Below, piece after piece: positions 27,038-44,847 of a stretch of 64,000 nucleotides of DNA. This stretch comes from Eledone cirrhosa (lineage: Eukaryota), in the NCBI GenBank assembly GCA_964016885.1, contig OZ024757.1, forward strand, positions 38,626,001 to 38,690,000, read 5' to 3'. The notes under the pieces are model-generated. The model had not been told where the DNA came from. It ran no database searches and was given only the letters and a program-made list of their open reading frames with translations. The translations under genes and the position numbers were made by a program. The first letter of the stretch is position 1; every line of letters starts with the position of its first letter.

Positions 27038-27755
27038 CTTTCTATATATCTAGTTTTCACTTCTTTTTCTCTCTCTCATTTTCTATTCTTTACTGAAAGA
27101 AATCTGCTTTTGTCATGCCTGGAGAAGAATGGCCTCCACCGGGTTGAAAGAAATGCTGTAGAGACGTCGTATGTCAATACGACACCCTTACGACTCCCCT
27201 AGGATTTAAGGGACTAGAAAGAAAGAAAGGAGAAACAATACAAATCTAAGCAAATTTAATATAGAACCTGCCGTCTTTAAATTGAAATGTGGGTTAGTTA
27301 AATAGTTAGGGAATCGGACAAAATGGTTGACAGATTTTGATGCAGCGTTTTATGTTCTAATTTGAATCCCGAAATCAACTTAGATCCTTCCTAAATCGAT
27401 AAAATATGGTACCAGTCAAGTATTGGATTCGATTTAATTGGCTCCCGCTTCCCCTAATATTACTGAAGTTGTTCCAACTAGAAACCATTATTGAATAAAA
27501 GGGAAGAAAATGTGTGTATCATATCAGGAAGCATGAATACAGCAATAAATATATATATTAGAAAATTACTCAGTTTATTAAAAACTTATATATGTGTATA
27601 TGTGTGCGTGTATATATATATATATATATGTGTGTGTATGAGTGTATGCATATATGTGTATATATTTAAATATATATATGAATATGTGTATATATATATA
27701 TATGTGTATATATATATATATAAATATGTTTGTGTAAATGTATATATATTTATAT

Positions 27756-27786
<31 letters not shown>

Positions 27787-27810
27787 TAAATATGTTTGTG
27801 TAAATGTATA

Positions 27811-27878
<68 letters not shown>

Positions 27879-28685
27879 TGTGTGTGTACATCTAAGTATT
27901 CGGCTAGCCAATTACATCGTCGCCATAATGCTGTGTATTTCAACAGCCCACATAATAACATATCCAATAGTTCTCCCAGTAGTCTATTTCCAAAACTTTC
28001 TATATGTAACAACACAGCCATTACACGCGTCATTTTATGCGTCTGGTCGCCTTTCTTATTTTCTGTTTCTAATTTATTATTGTCAATGGAAAATTCTTCT
28101 CTATTTTTTATTTATTTTGTTTTTTTTTGTTACAAAGCCTACCAGTAACTATCTTTTGAGTAGAAAATATTACAGAATTAGTGGCAGCTTAAGGAGAATA
28201 TCAATTTCTAGCATAAATTTCTCATTTCTAGTGGAAATATTTCTTGCGTAATATAGGTAATATTTGCAAAACGAATGAGAAACTTATGTAAAATGTATGT
28301 AATTTTTTTTTCTCTCTCACAGAATGGTAATTACGCATTAGCTAAGGCGCATGAATAAGTTATGGATAGAAAATTCCTGCAAAACATAATCTTTCTATTA
28401 ACTGTTTTGTACCAATGAAATACATGATCACCATTAAGTCGAATAGCAAGTGAATAAGATGTATATATGTAGACATAGGTAATTGAAGTTTAATAACCAC
28501 GGACGAACATTTTTTCTTGTTGGTTTTTATAATGAATATATCCTAAGAGGATGAAATAGAAATGAAGAAGTAGTAAGTAAATGGAAAGTAGTAAAATTCT
28601 ACCAAACAACGATAGTATTACTAATGGTTGTGGTGATATATAAAGTACACGTCAATAATACCATGACAATAATAGACTGAAGATT

Positions 28686-28716
<31 letters not shown>

Positions 28717-29010
28717 GTGTGTAGGAGTTGCAGAAACCCCATACTGGATATTACCAACCATCCAGGGGTCCGGGTATAATTTTCAATCATATTTTATTAT
28801 TTGTTTGACCCGAATTACTTGGTCGTTTCTATGGCTGTGCGGATAATGGTTTCACCATCGTCTCAGTGCGCTTGGCCTTTTAACTTATGTTGTTGCTCTA
28901 GTTCACTAGCTTCTATGGAGCGCTCGCCACACATCTCGGAAGTTGTTGTTCGCTAATTTCCAATAGCCGAAATAGGATTCTCGTTAATTTATATATATAT
29001 ATATATATAT

Positions 29011-29125
29011 AAATTAACGAGAATCGTAAATAGTCAGGACCCCGACGGCTGAGCTCCAGCCATTTCGAGAGCTCAGGCCATCGAAATGGCCGGAGCTCAG
29101 CCGTAGGGGAACTGACACTTTTCTT
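29011..29125. mobile_element. Fold-back element family P2
   Basis: ACGGCTGAGCTCCAGCCATTTCGA .. TCGAAATGGCCGGAGCTCAGCCGT imperfect palindrome between (TA)n tracts. Confidence 0.7.
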
Positions 29126-29159
29126 ATGTATATACATATATATATATATATATATAATA

Positions 29160-29510
29160 TATGAATAAATTTAGGCCCTCATCAGTGATCTTCCAACCTT
29201 CATTGGTATTTCATCGCTTTAAAGACCATATACCTCCGATTGGTGCGAGCAACGGCTAAAGAAAGTCGTTGGGACACGTACATAAGGGGGTCGAGCGAGA
29301 CTGTAAACAAACAAAGATGGTAAAGCAACGAAAAGTGAGGAAGAAAGAGTCAAGTCCCAGATTTCTATGAATATAAGTTCGGTGAAATCGTGATCGAGAG
29401 AGAATAAAGAGCATCAAACCTAGTCGAAATGTGAGCAAGGAAGGAATTCCGCACAGGTTAAACGGGAGGAAGAAGGAGTCTAGTCCCTGAATTCGGTGAA
29501 CATAAGTTCT
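29160..29510 (-). mobile_element. Family P5 copy with extension carrying a ~43-bp imperfect direct repeat
   Basis: 29160-29338 is the reverse complement of 20371-20550. AGGAAGAA(A/G)GAGTC..ATAAGTTC occurs at about 29338 and 29467. Confidence 0.7.
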
Positions 29511-29737
29511 CTTTCTCTCTCCACCTCTCTCTCTCTCTCTCACTCTCTACCACCCTCTTTCCCTCTATACCCCCTCTCTCCCTTCTACCCCCATTCCCTC
29601 ACCCCCCCCCCCCTCTCTGCTCGGAGGCAAGTCTGTTTTCAGTGAATAGACATATTGTAAAAAAAATATAAGAATAGAAATTATCAAGCCAAACAAAACA
29701 ACAGCCTGTAGACTTTTAACAAACCAAACAGACCAAT

Positions 29738-33068
<3,331 letters not shown>

Positions 33069-33431
33069 CTATTACTGACGTCTAAGAACAGACAATAAAC
33101 TTTACAACGCAACTAAGATCTCGATATTGTTGAGACAACTTCGAAAGATGAGAGGTTTTAGGTTTTCTTTGTGTCAGTTCCATGTGAATTTCCACATTCC
33201 ATTCCATTTCTTTATTTATTTATCTATTTAATTTATTCTGTTCTCATACTTATACTGGTTGTAGTCAATAGACTGCCGCCATGCTGTAGCAATGCCCTCA
33301 AGGGAGAGACAGCGATAAGTATTATTATTTTTTTGGTGTAGAAGGTTCCTTTATATTCAAGTGTAAGTGATAATGATTTTATTGATATTTTTAATTTCAT
33401 TTTTGCTGCAACGCTAAAATATGGAATAAAA

Positions 33432-33778
33432 TGGCGTGGCCTAGAAGTAAGGCTTTGGGACCTGTGATCAAAATATCGTGATTCCGTTTCGTGGGTTGCG
33501 TTGTGTGTTGTGTTAAGACATGTGGCCTAATGGTAAGCGTGTTGGACTTACGAACACAATGTCGTGCGCTCGATACCTAAGCTAGGTGGTGTGTTGTTTT
33601 CTTGAACAAAACACTTCATTTCATGTTACTTCAGTAAACTCATAAACACACACACACACACACGTGTGTGTGTGTCTGTGGAGGTGCGTGGTGGAGTGGC
33701 TAGAGAATTGGATTCGCTATCGTGAGGTTGTGAGTTCGATTCCTGGACCGCTTGACACTTTATATCACGTTGCTCCTT
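33432..33778 (+). mobile_element. Cluster of three decayed tRNA-headed CORE-type SINEs
   Basis: Heads at about 33435, 33520 and 33681. CORE-like TCTTGAACAAAACACTTCATTTCATGTT and GACACTTTATATCACGTTGCTCC. Confidence 0.65.
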
Positions 33779-35162
33779 CTATCTGGATTTGCAACGGATG
33801 GGGAGTTTTAGCAATTGAAAATTCTTTCCGGTCAGACTTGACAAAAATCGATCGACTATCTATCTATCTATCTATATATATATATATACAAATAAAGATT
33901 CAGCAAGAATCGTATTTCGGCGGGCAGAAAATGCGAAGCGAAACGCAAATATCAGAAATGATACTGGCAAAGTGCTCAATAGTTAAAAACCAGAGGGAAA
34001 CAATGTGTTAGGAAGCCATACAAAACTGAAAAGGTGGTCAAGAAGGCATTAACCACCCAAGCCAAAAACCAAATCAAGCTAAACACATCAAACAAAATAA
34101 ATGATAAAATATATATATATATAATCAGCAAGAAATACTATTATTTAAGGAAACTAATATTCTTCTCTATAAATTTGAAGAATATTTAACTTTGCTTTCT
34201 AAAGAGAATTACTGAGAACATTAAAAAGAAAAAAAACAACCGAAAACAAAAAGGCACCCCCAATATATATAATATACAAAATGCATAAAGACAAAACATA
34301 AAAGAAAATATTACGTACATATTCAACGCCATTCGTGTAAGAACATATCTTTGAAGGTAAGAAAATGGTTGAAATTAGCGGAGATGAAACGAATGAAAAA
34401 CTTAATAAGTTTACGTTGTTGGCAGTTGAATCAGAAAACGGAAAATATGTAAATTTCTGACGCAAAAGAGAAGCCAAAAATAAGTGTCAATAATATCCAT
34501 GAAAATGGAAGATATATAGCCAAAAAAATATTTAAATAGAATATTTTACGGTAATGAGATAATATACTTATAGAAATATTTCAAAAATGCCAGGTTGGTG
34601 GGAGGTGACTAGGAAATTAAAGTATTCGTGTGTAAAAACATACTTACTGACTCTCTCTCAACACAAACACATATATATATATACACACACAGACACACAG
34701 ACACACACACACAGACACACATATATATATATATATATATATATGTGAGAGAGAGTGAGCCTTAATGTAATTCAGAAAAAAACATTATATATAAATTACA
34801 TTAAATTAAACCACATCTTGGTTTAACATACATAATTAAAGATAAAACTACGGTTGTATTTTTTGTCCGTATTTTGATCCCCGGATCAACTCTTCTTCAA
34901 TAGATCATGTTTAACACACCATCAACATTTACAACACGAAAATACGCCAACGTTCAAATATATTGTTCAGCTGGCAATCATGTTTCAGAAGTGCGTTAAA
35001 AGCGTTCATGTAACTTCTCCTCTTATAGTACTTGTTCAAGTTATTCTAGTTCAATAGGCAAAGATCAAGTCCTTGTTGTTCTTTGATAGATCATGTACGA
35101 TAAACATAATAGTGTTATATAAGGCAATTGGGGAATGTATGTGTGTGTGTATATATGTATGT

Positions 35163-35211
<49 letters not shown>

Positions 35212-35235
35212 AATATATATATAGATATATGTATG

Positions 35236-35286
<51 letters not shown>

Positions 35287-35983
35287 GTGTGTACGTATGT
35301 ATGTGTATGTATGTATGTATGTGTGTTTGTATATATATGTATATATGTGTATGCATATGTATGTGTATGTATATATATGTGTATGTATATATATATGTGT
35401 ATGTATATATATATATGTATATGTTTGTACGTATGTATATATGTATATGTATGTATGCGTATTAATGTATATATATGTATATATATATAATGTGTGGGGG
35501 TGTGTATATGCCATAGATACAATGATAGATGTGATAGCTATAATTATAGATACGTCGGAATAAATATGAGTGGGTTTGTGCGTGCATGTATGTTTAGATA
35601 GATAGATAGATAGATAGATACACAGATAGCAAAAACTGGATGCTTTCACAGTTAGCTGCAATTTGTGTGTTTTTCTACATATATACACCCACATTTGCAC
35701 ATACACAGAAGTATTAATACTCCACACTCATACACACACCTATTTATATACACACACACATGCACACACATATTTTTATACAGTGAGAGGTGGGGAGTTA
35801 TACGCACGACTTAATCTGTGGTGAAATTGTGTGTGCATGCGTGTGTTTATATGTATATATGTAACAATGCGTATTTGCACTTTTATACATCCATGTACAA
35901 ATGTTTATATATGCGTGTGAGTGCATGTGTATATATGTGTGTATATATATATATATATGTGTGTGTGGTGTGTATGAGTGCAA

Positions 35984-36023
<40 letters not shown>

Positions 36024-36526
36024 GACTATATGGACTTTTATACATGGATGTATAAATATATATATATATACGTGTTTATGTGTGTGTGTGTATGGATGCA
36101 AGTGTATATACATATATACTGTATATATATATATATACAATTGACTAAATGCACTTTTATACATGCATATATAAATATATATACACGTGTTTATGTGTAA
36201 GTGTGTGTTTCTGTTTCTTGTTTATTAAAAAATAAAAGACATTCTGCAAGTAATGTTACTTGCCAATCAAGATAATAACCAAAACTACACCAATTTTTAC
36301 ATTAATCCGCTCTTCAAATTCAGATTCACAATAATCTCTAAGATCGTTCAAAATTTTTGAAAACCCTGCCACAATTTTAAATTTAGTTTATTGAAATAGA
36401 TTTAGTATCTGTTACTATTATTTCATAGTTATGGCTTTTTTCTTTATTTCAATCAACCCTGTATCATTTAGTTTCATATTGATCAATGTTAGTTTTATAT
36501 TTATTTCTCATATATTTATATTTCAG

Positions 36527-36785
36527 AGAGGGGTAACCTAGTGGTAATGTTGTTGGACTTACGATCATAATGTCGTGTCTTCGATTCCTGGGCTTGGTTG
36601 CGTATTGTGTTCCGCAGCAAAGCAGTTTATTTCATGTTGCTCCAGTATACTCAGCTGAAAATAAGTAGCAGCAATAGCTGGAGGTTTAACACTGTGATGG
36701 ACTGGCGTCCTGTCCAGTAGGGAGTCGTGTACTCTGTCGCCTCACACCACGAAACCGGGTATAAGCACAAGCCTAACGAACCTTC
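36527..36785 (+). mobile_element. tRNA-headed SINE with CORE-like and V-domain-like blocks
   Basis: Head CCTAGTGGTAA..TTCGATTCC; TTTCATGTTGCTCCAGT..CTCAGCTG; GATGGACTGGCGTCCTGTCCAG; GAAACCGGGTATAAGC. Confidence 0.7.
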
Positions 36786-37094
36786 TGATTAAAACAGATT
36801 TAGATACTATTATATTGAGCGTACTGCACGATTGGCAGTGTAAGTGGCAAATTGGTAGATTTATTAGGTCGCATGCACTGTAAGCTTTTCTCGTCCAGAT
36901 CCCCTGCGTTCTCATCTCAAATGCTGTCCTCTTCAAATTTGACTTTCATCTTTTCGAGGTCGACGAATAAAAGTACAAATCTAATATTGGGTTTGATTCT
37001 CCATCTATATCTCTTTTTCTCGTTACATTTTTCACTATCTCATTCTCTCTCTCACATTCTCTCTTTCTCTCTCTCTCTTTCAGCTTCTCTCTCT

Positions 37095-37154
<60 letters not shown>

Positions 37155-37447
37155 GTGGATGAAATTGGTTGTTTTTAGACATGGTGAGGGGATGGGCTGT
37201 ACCATGTTTCAAATACTATGCTGTACATAACTACGGTATTCCAGCCCCTGTGCCAGCTCTATGCGTACATCTTTTAACGATGTATTCTCCTATTTATATG
37301 GTAGTGGGCTTTCTGTAGTCTTCCGTTAAATCTGATTTGAAAATCTAATGTTTACCATTATCTCGTTTTATACAAACATCTTAGTTTAGTCTTAGTTCTT
37401 CGTATGTCTATAGTGTTATTGGGCAATGATTCGTCTACAATTTACAA

Positions 37448-37712
37448 GATCAGCTTCGGCGTCTTGTGTCTTTCCCCAGTCCAGTTTAATCCTCAGGAGA
37501 TATTATTTGACAGTTGATCCCCAGGTTTTCTTGGGTCTCCCCCTTTTCCGCTTGCCAATGAGTGACATCCAACCCATTGCCACAGAGGTGTTCCGTTATT
37601 CACACAGGTCCAGAATGTTTCCAGCCAGTTGCAGGCACCTTTCAGTGACGGTGTCAATCAGTAGCCTCTGTTTTCTTCTCTTCACTACCTCTACATCAAT
37701 AATCTGTTCTCG
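37448..37712 (-). mobile_element. RTE-clade LINE, decayed ORF C-terminus
   Basis: Minus translation ..ERCLQLAGNILDLCE*RNTSVAMGWMSLIGKRKRGRPKKTWGSTVK*..LDW matches the RTE-type motif RLxxxGHxxR..W...GKRxRGRPxxTW. Two in-frame stops. Confidence 0.8.
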
Positions 37713-38042
37713 ATAATTTAAACTTACAATAGCGCTACGGAGATTCGAATTGTCCATCTCACATCCAACTTAATTATATGCTAAATAATTCCTTTAATTT
37801 GCACTGTAATAAGTTTCTCAGTGGAATCTTCAGTTCTACGGAAATATTTAGGAAATAATTTAAGTAAAAATAAAATAAAAAATAGCAAGCCAGAACATTG
37901 AATTTCTATAAAATAATCTATAATAAAAACTAAATTTAAATTTTGAAACATTAATCTCGATTTTACAAGTATGTGCTAGTATGTGTGTATACCTGTATGC
38001 GTGCCTATGTGTGTGTGCATCGCTCTATCACACACACACACA

Positions 38043-38088
<46 letters not shown>

Positions 38089-38146
38089 ATATATATATAT
38101 GTCTCTGTATGTGCGTATAGGTGTTTGTGTATATAGGTCTATGTGC

Positions 38147-38190
<44 letters not shown>

Positions 38191-38217
38191 ATGTGTGGGT
38201 GTGCATATATTTCTATT

Positions 38218-38421
38218 TGTATATATATATATATATATCTGTATATATATATATATATATATATCTGTATATATATATATATCTGTATATATATATATAT
38301 CTATATATATATATATATATATATATCTGTATATATATATATATATATCTGTATATATATATATATATATATATCTGTATATATATATATATATATATCT
38401 GTATATATATATATATATATA

Positions 38422-38488
<67 letters not shown>

Positions 38489-38503
38489 GTATATATATAT
38501 ATA

Positions 38504-38540
<37 letters not shown>

Positions 38541-38649
38541 GTATATATATATATATATATCTGTATATATATATATATATATATCTGTATATATATATAT
38601 ATATATCTGTATATATATATATATATATCTATATATATATATATATGTC

Positions 38650-38680
<31 letters not shown>

Positions 38681-38685
38681 ATATA
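38218..38685. repeat. (TA)n-TCTG composite array
   Basis: Direct inspection. Confidence 0.9.
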
Positions 38686-38981
38686 TTATCAATGTTTCTA
38701 CTTTTATTTTGAGAAATTCCCTATCGATCTGCTGCGGTAAAATGAGCTAAGGGATAAATTATGGCTTGTTCACTTAATCTTACTGTGTTTCGCTGTACGA
38801 TGATAAGACTTAGCGGTAGGGCAGGGAGGTGAAAACGGTGCAGAGAGAGATCACGTGCACTTAATTCCTAAATAGGACACGTAGTGCGATCAATTGTATA
38901 TTTTTATATGAAATCAAACAGGAGGGATAGGGTTTTGAGAAACGTACTACATGCATATCTATCTATCTCTCTCTATATATA

Positions 38982-39190
38982 TATACATATGTATATTTGT
39001 GTATATATACATATGTATATTTGTGTATATATACATATGTATATGTGTGTATTTATACATATGTATATGTGTGTATTTATACATATGTATATGTGTTTAT
39101 TTATACATATGTATATGTGTGTATTTATACATATGTATATGTGTGTATTTATATATATGTATATGTGTTTATTTATACATATGTATATGA
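38982..39190. repeat. 24-bp minisatellite, about 8 units
   Basis: Unit ATACATATGTATATGTGTGTATTT. Confidence 0.9.
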
Positions 39191-39261
39191 ATGTATATAT
39201 TTTATATATATATATATATATACAGAGAGAGAGAGAGAGAAAAGATGAAATATATATATTT

Positions 39262-39432
39262 ATAACAGTTTATCCCAGGTTCAATCGGGAGTAACCAAAG
39301 TAAGTTAGGTACTCAATAAATAGCAGAGTATAAGTATTTGATATAGAAATGGCTTCTACAGGACTAGAACTGTTTCATTTGGGCTTCCTGATGATTTCTC
39401 CCGAATGAAACCGTTCTAGTCCTCTACAAGCT
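39262..39432. mobile_element. PLE family P1 remnant with back-to-back hammerhead segments
   Basis: 39351-39379 is an inverted hammerhead 3' half. 39383-39431 is a direct hammerhead: GCTTC CTGATGA TTTCTCCCGAAT GAAA CCG.. with mutated stem III. Confidence 0.65.
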
Positions 39433-39532
<100 letters not shown>

Positions 39533-39536
39533 TCAC

Positions 39537-39803
39537 TGGCACTCCGTTGGTTACAGATATGAGTGTTCCATTTGATCTGTTCAACGGATCAGCCTACTCG
39601 TGAAATTAACGTCACATGCAAGTGCCTAAACGTTGCACAGACACGTGTAACCTTAACGAAGTAGGCCTTTCGAATTACAGGGTACAACTCAGTTTTGCCG
39701 GCAGAGTTGAGTGGAGCAACGTGAAGTGTCTTGCTGAAGTACTCAACTCGCCGCCGTGAATCAAACACAGAATCCTTATGATTGTAAGTTGAATACCCTA
39801 ACC
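39537..39803 (-). mobile_element. CORE-type SINE family B, near full length, decayed
   Basis: Homologous to 7054-7272 and continues through GTGTCTTGCT to a tRNA-like head (ACCCTAACC). Confidence 0.7.
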
Positions 39804-40034
39804 AAAAAGAGACCTTCGATTTGCCACACCTCTATGCATCTTATGGTTGATTCCCAGCCTGCTAGAAATAGCAGTCATATTGGTTAGCATACCCGGGATG
39901 GTTTTCTTCTTGTTTGGTGTTATAAAATTAGTATTAATAAACCTTCCTAGATATACATTTATTCCATTGCTGTACTCATTTTTTGTCAGTTTTTGTCTAT
40001 CTAAGATGGGCGAAGGAACCAAGCAAGAACAATC

Positions 40035-40106
<72 letters not shown>

Positions 40107-40108
<2 letters not shown>

Positions 40109-40280
40109 CAAAGTGTGGTAAGAAACCAGGTGGACCATAACGCACCAGAGTACTCAATACTTAGGGTAGTAGAGTGGGTAACAGGAAAAGAGTCAGGGAC
40201 CCTTTCAACAGCTAGAACCGAACTCGGATCTAGCTGTCGAAACTGCCGGAGCTCAGCTGTCGGGTCCTGATCTTTTCCTA
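40107..40280 (-). mobile_element. Fold-back element family P2
   Basis: Shares GGACCATAACGCACCA..GTACTCAATACTT..GTAGTAGAGTGGGTAA with 12722. Nested hairpins; (TA)n flank. Confidence 0.8.
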
Positions 40281-40901
40281 CATATATGCAGAGAGAGAGA
40301 AAGGCTGTCCCCAAAAAATATATACACACATTGATTACCTGTACAAGTATAATATGTATAAGAATGCTGTTGAAGTGTATATACATTGTAGTAGCAATTT
40401 TTTTTATTATGGATTTTTCGTTTGTGAAAGATGTAGGGTAAGATCAAGTAGAGGTACGAATGAACTCTGTGCCTCGTAAACCACAAACAAACACACATAA
40501 AATGCAATAAATAAACAAACAACACCAAATAGCTAAATAAAACACTAACACGCTATTTATATTAATAAGAGTGCTGTTTTAAATTCGGATATTTTACGCT
40601 GATCACAAGAAGTTTTCTTTGAGAAGCCTCGAGATACGGAGGAAGGAGGTTGTGGTATTATTGAAATTAATGCTAAAGAAGTAGTTTTTAAAAATAAATT
40701 CTATTTCATTTTTATATTTCGTTTTCTAATTTTGGATTTATTTTATTTCATTTCATTTATTTTAATTTATTTATTTTTTTCTATTTTTTTTTTTATTTTT
40801 TTTTTCCTTTTCGTGGAAATGTAGTCAAACAGTAAAATAATAACTTGGCATTCAGATGTTATTTGAGGTGCTGCAAATATATCTATATATATCTATATCT
40901 A

Positions 40902-40949
<48 letters not shown>

Positions 40950-41409
40950 CGTTTGCATATCGCATGAATATAATATGTGCATGTGTGCGTATATATATAT
41001 ATGTATGCATATCTCTATATCTAAACGTTTGCATATCATATGAATATAATATGTGCATATATATATATATATATACATACAGAGAGAGAGAGAGAGAGGA
41101 ATATATGTGAATATGAATGTATTCATTTCTTTATGAAAATACATACATATAAATAGCGAGCTTCTAAGAAAGTGAGTTTTACAGAACTATTCATGTTTGA
41201 ACTATTTATGGAGATACGGAATAATACACGTACATCAATTTATATATACACTCTTGTAACTATATTATTATATATATATATATATATACAGATTCAAATA
41301 ACTAAATACAAACAAAGAAATACTATGTAAGTTATCAATGCATCAATTCAAAAAATATGTATCAGAAAACAGTAAAAAAAAACAATTAGACACACACACT
41401 CATATATAT

Positions 41410-41466
<57 letters not shown>

Positions 41467-42600
41467 TGTGTGTGTGTAGAATATCTTCATTCTTCCATAG
41501 ATTTATTTATTTCCTTATGCATTAACATTAAAACGTATATTAGAGAACTTCGATATATGTATATATACATAGACCCACAGGCATATATATATATATATAT
41601 ATACAGAAACACAGACAGAGATGGAGTTGATGCATCATTCATACGAGATCGATTAAGTATTTTTATCTTCATCATTAAACGCCACAAATATATATGTTTA
41701 CAAAGTAAAAAAAAATATATTAATGTTACCCTTAAAATCGTATTTTTTTACCCTATTTCATAACATCTAATTATATTTCTCGGGTTTTTTTAAAAGATAG
41801 GTTTACCACAAAAATAATTCTCTTATTGGTTTCTTTATGTTTATTGATTATTGTGTACATATATCCGTTTACACACACACATATATATATATACATGTGT
41901 ATATAGATGCATATATGTATACGTATATACATGCATATTTGTATATATATATGTGTGTGTATGTCAGTGTGATTATATGTATTGATATACTTATTTATAT
42001 CTGTGTGCGTGTATGTATGTATATATATATATATACATATGTGCGTGTGTGTGTGTGTGTTTATAAATATATATGCATTTATATACTTATACACTTAAGT
42101 ATGTATTGATATATGTGTATATATATATACGTATATATATATATATGTATATATATAAACATATATATATATATTAATGTATATTTATGTATATTTATAT
42201 ATACATACACACTGATATATGCATATTCTATATATATATACATATACGTAAATGCATGTTGTGCATGTTATAGAAATGATTACAACATACCTTACATATC
42301 ATATCAGCTGTGTTATATAATTAGATAGAGGGATGTGTGAAAAACAAACAATAGTGTTAATTAACTTTCAGAAGGTTAATTAAATAAGACACTTCATACA
42401 AGATGAATATGTAATTAATTTTAATATAATTCGAGAAAAATATTTCGCCTTATCTATATAATGTAATTTCACGAAAATTATACAAGTATTTATGTTTGTG
42501 CAATATGCGAAATGATGTGTTTATTTTACAAATAATTAAGTATATCATTTCATATACTGAAAATGTAAAGACATCTCTGTGATATGCTATATACTATAAC

Positions 42601-42785
42601 TGTTTCTACTTTAGACACAAGGCCAACAATTACCCAGTGCATTGCTGGTACTTTATTTTATCGACCCTGTAAGGATGAAAGGCAAAGTCAACCTCGGCGG
42701 GATTTGAACTCAGATCGTAAAGGGACGTAACTATGCTGGAAAGCATGGTGTCCGACTCTCTACCGATACTGCCAATCCACCGCCC
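42601..42785 (-). mobile_element. Full-length SINE family A
   Basis: Tail to head complete: TGTTTCTAC...CTCTACCGATACTGCCAATCCACCGCC. Confidence 0.85.
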
Positions 42786-43040
42786 TTCTATATATGATAT
42801 ATTATATAACGTAAGCTGTTCATAAATAAGGTTGACATTCGATTCTTATCTCTTTTCATCAGTTCCCAAACCGAATGAGTTTAGAATTACAACACTGACT
42901 TAAAAATCTATTGTTTTTTTTTTCTTTTGTAATTATATATGAATACGTATATTTTATTGTAAACCAGAAATTTCTGTCAGGGACCCATGTGTATTAAGTG
43001 TGGTGTTAAGATATTATACATATCCTTGATATATATATAT

Positions 43041-43360
43041 ATAATAATAATGAAATTATTGTGTAAAGTGCTCAGGTGCAGTACAACTCGTCAAAGGTGT
43101 ATGTATAGTACATAGAATAATACACAGATGTCAGGGAAGTGAATAGTGTATGAGCCATGGTATACATGTGTGTATATGTATGGAGGGGAACATTAGCTGT
43201 AGTGTTGGCGGATCTCGGGAAGCATGGAGGCCTTAAAGGATGCAGTGTCTCGACAGCTAACAACTGATGCAGGTAGTGTTCCATGCTTCAGCAACTCTGA
43301 GCGTGAAAAAATGTTTCCGAACGTCATGGGAGCTGTGCTGCTTTCTGACTTTGTGGGCAT
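43041..43360 (-). mobile_element. CR1-clade LINE 3' end (ORF2 C-terminus, 3' UTR, (ATT)n tail)
   Basis: Minus translation AHKVRKQHSSHDVRKHFFTLRVAEAWN/LPASVVSCRDTASFKASM..* matches the CR1 motif RKxFFxxRVxxxWNxLP..V....SFK. One frameshift; stop at 43193-43195. Confidence 0.85.
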
Positions 43361-43563
43361 ATATATATATATATGGTACAGTTCTGTCTAACTATATTCT
43401 AAAGATTATGGTCCCCCACGCATTATATATATATATATATTGGAAAACAAATTATCGTTTTAGGTAATCCAGTTATAGGTTGTGAGTACTCTGTACTATG
43501 GATAGCTTTAATACTGTAAATAAAACCCTGTTTGTACAGCCGACCATGTTATTCTTCACTCTT

Positions 43564-43603
<40 letters not shown>

Positions 43604-43962
43604 GAGAGAGAGAAGGGCGGGATAGAACGAGTTAGAACATTACTCGACAGTCAACAGGGTTCTCGATACTTGGTACAGTTGTCTATAGCTATATTATAAA
43701 GATTCATGGTAAAGGGAGACCCAGGAATGTAAGAGAGATTAATAGAGGAGCTGGTATTAAAGATAGAGTGGACAGGATGATAGTGACAGTGGAGGGAATA
43801 TTAATTGAAGTGTGTGTGTCCGTGTGTCTGTGTGCGCGCGTTAATCTCTTATAGTATCCATAATCAAACAAATCAGAACATATTTGGTGAAAACAAATAT
43901 AGACTCGAGCTATTCAAACACAATCACACATACACACGCACACCACTCAACACATACACATG

Positions 43963-44025
<63 letters not shown>

Positions 44026-44794
44026 GAGTCGTATCCCTCTAGTTATACTTTAGGATGGTCATATATATACATATATATATATATTTATATTTGTATACGT
44101 TTGAGCATGAATACGTACAAGTATAAGGAAATAAATACGCATACAAGAAAAAAATAGATACCAAGATACAGATATACATTTGTACTTTCTTTGTTTTGTT
44201 TTATTTTGCATGCATTTGTGTGTGAGACGAACATGAAACCAAATTGGTTTTGTATTTTCCTATCTTAGCTGTTTTCTGCGTCCGTGATCTTATTCCTGCC
44301 AAATTCAATTTCTTTGATATGCATCGATTCGGAACATGTATATGTTGCATATATTTCGACATATTTGGCAATACATTTAACTTCAGATCTTCTTACTATT
44401 GTAATGGTCTATATATATGTAGAATTTATTTCACACAAACACATACTCCAATAGAGACAAACATACAAACACACTACATCGCACAAATATACTTATATTT
44501 GTAAATGTACATATATATATATATATGCGCGTGTGTGTATGGTTTCCTGTATATGTATGGGTGTTTCTCTCTTCCGGTGCGTGTGTTAAAGTTAAATGTA
44601 ACAAAAACAGCATAGCACCATATTCAGAGAATTAAGCTCTCTCTCTCCCTCACGCACAAATACATACATATATATATATATATTTAATATATATACATAT
44701 ATATTTAATATATATACATATATGTAATATATATATATGTGTATATATACATATATATATAAACATACATATATATATATATACATACATATAT

Positions 44795-44847
<53 letters not shown>

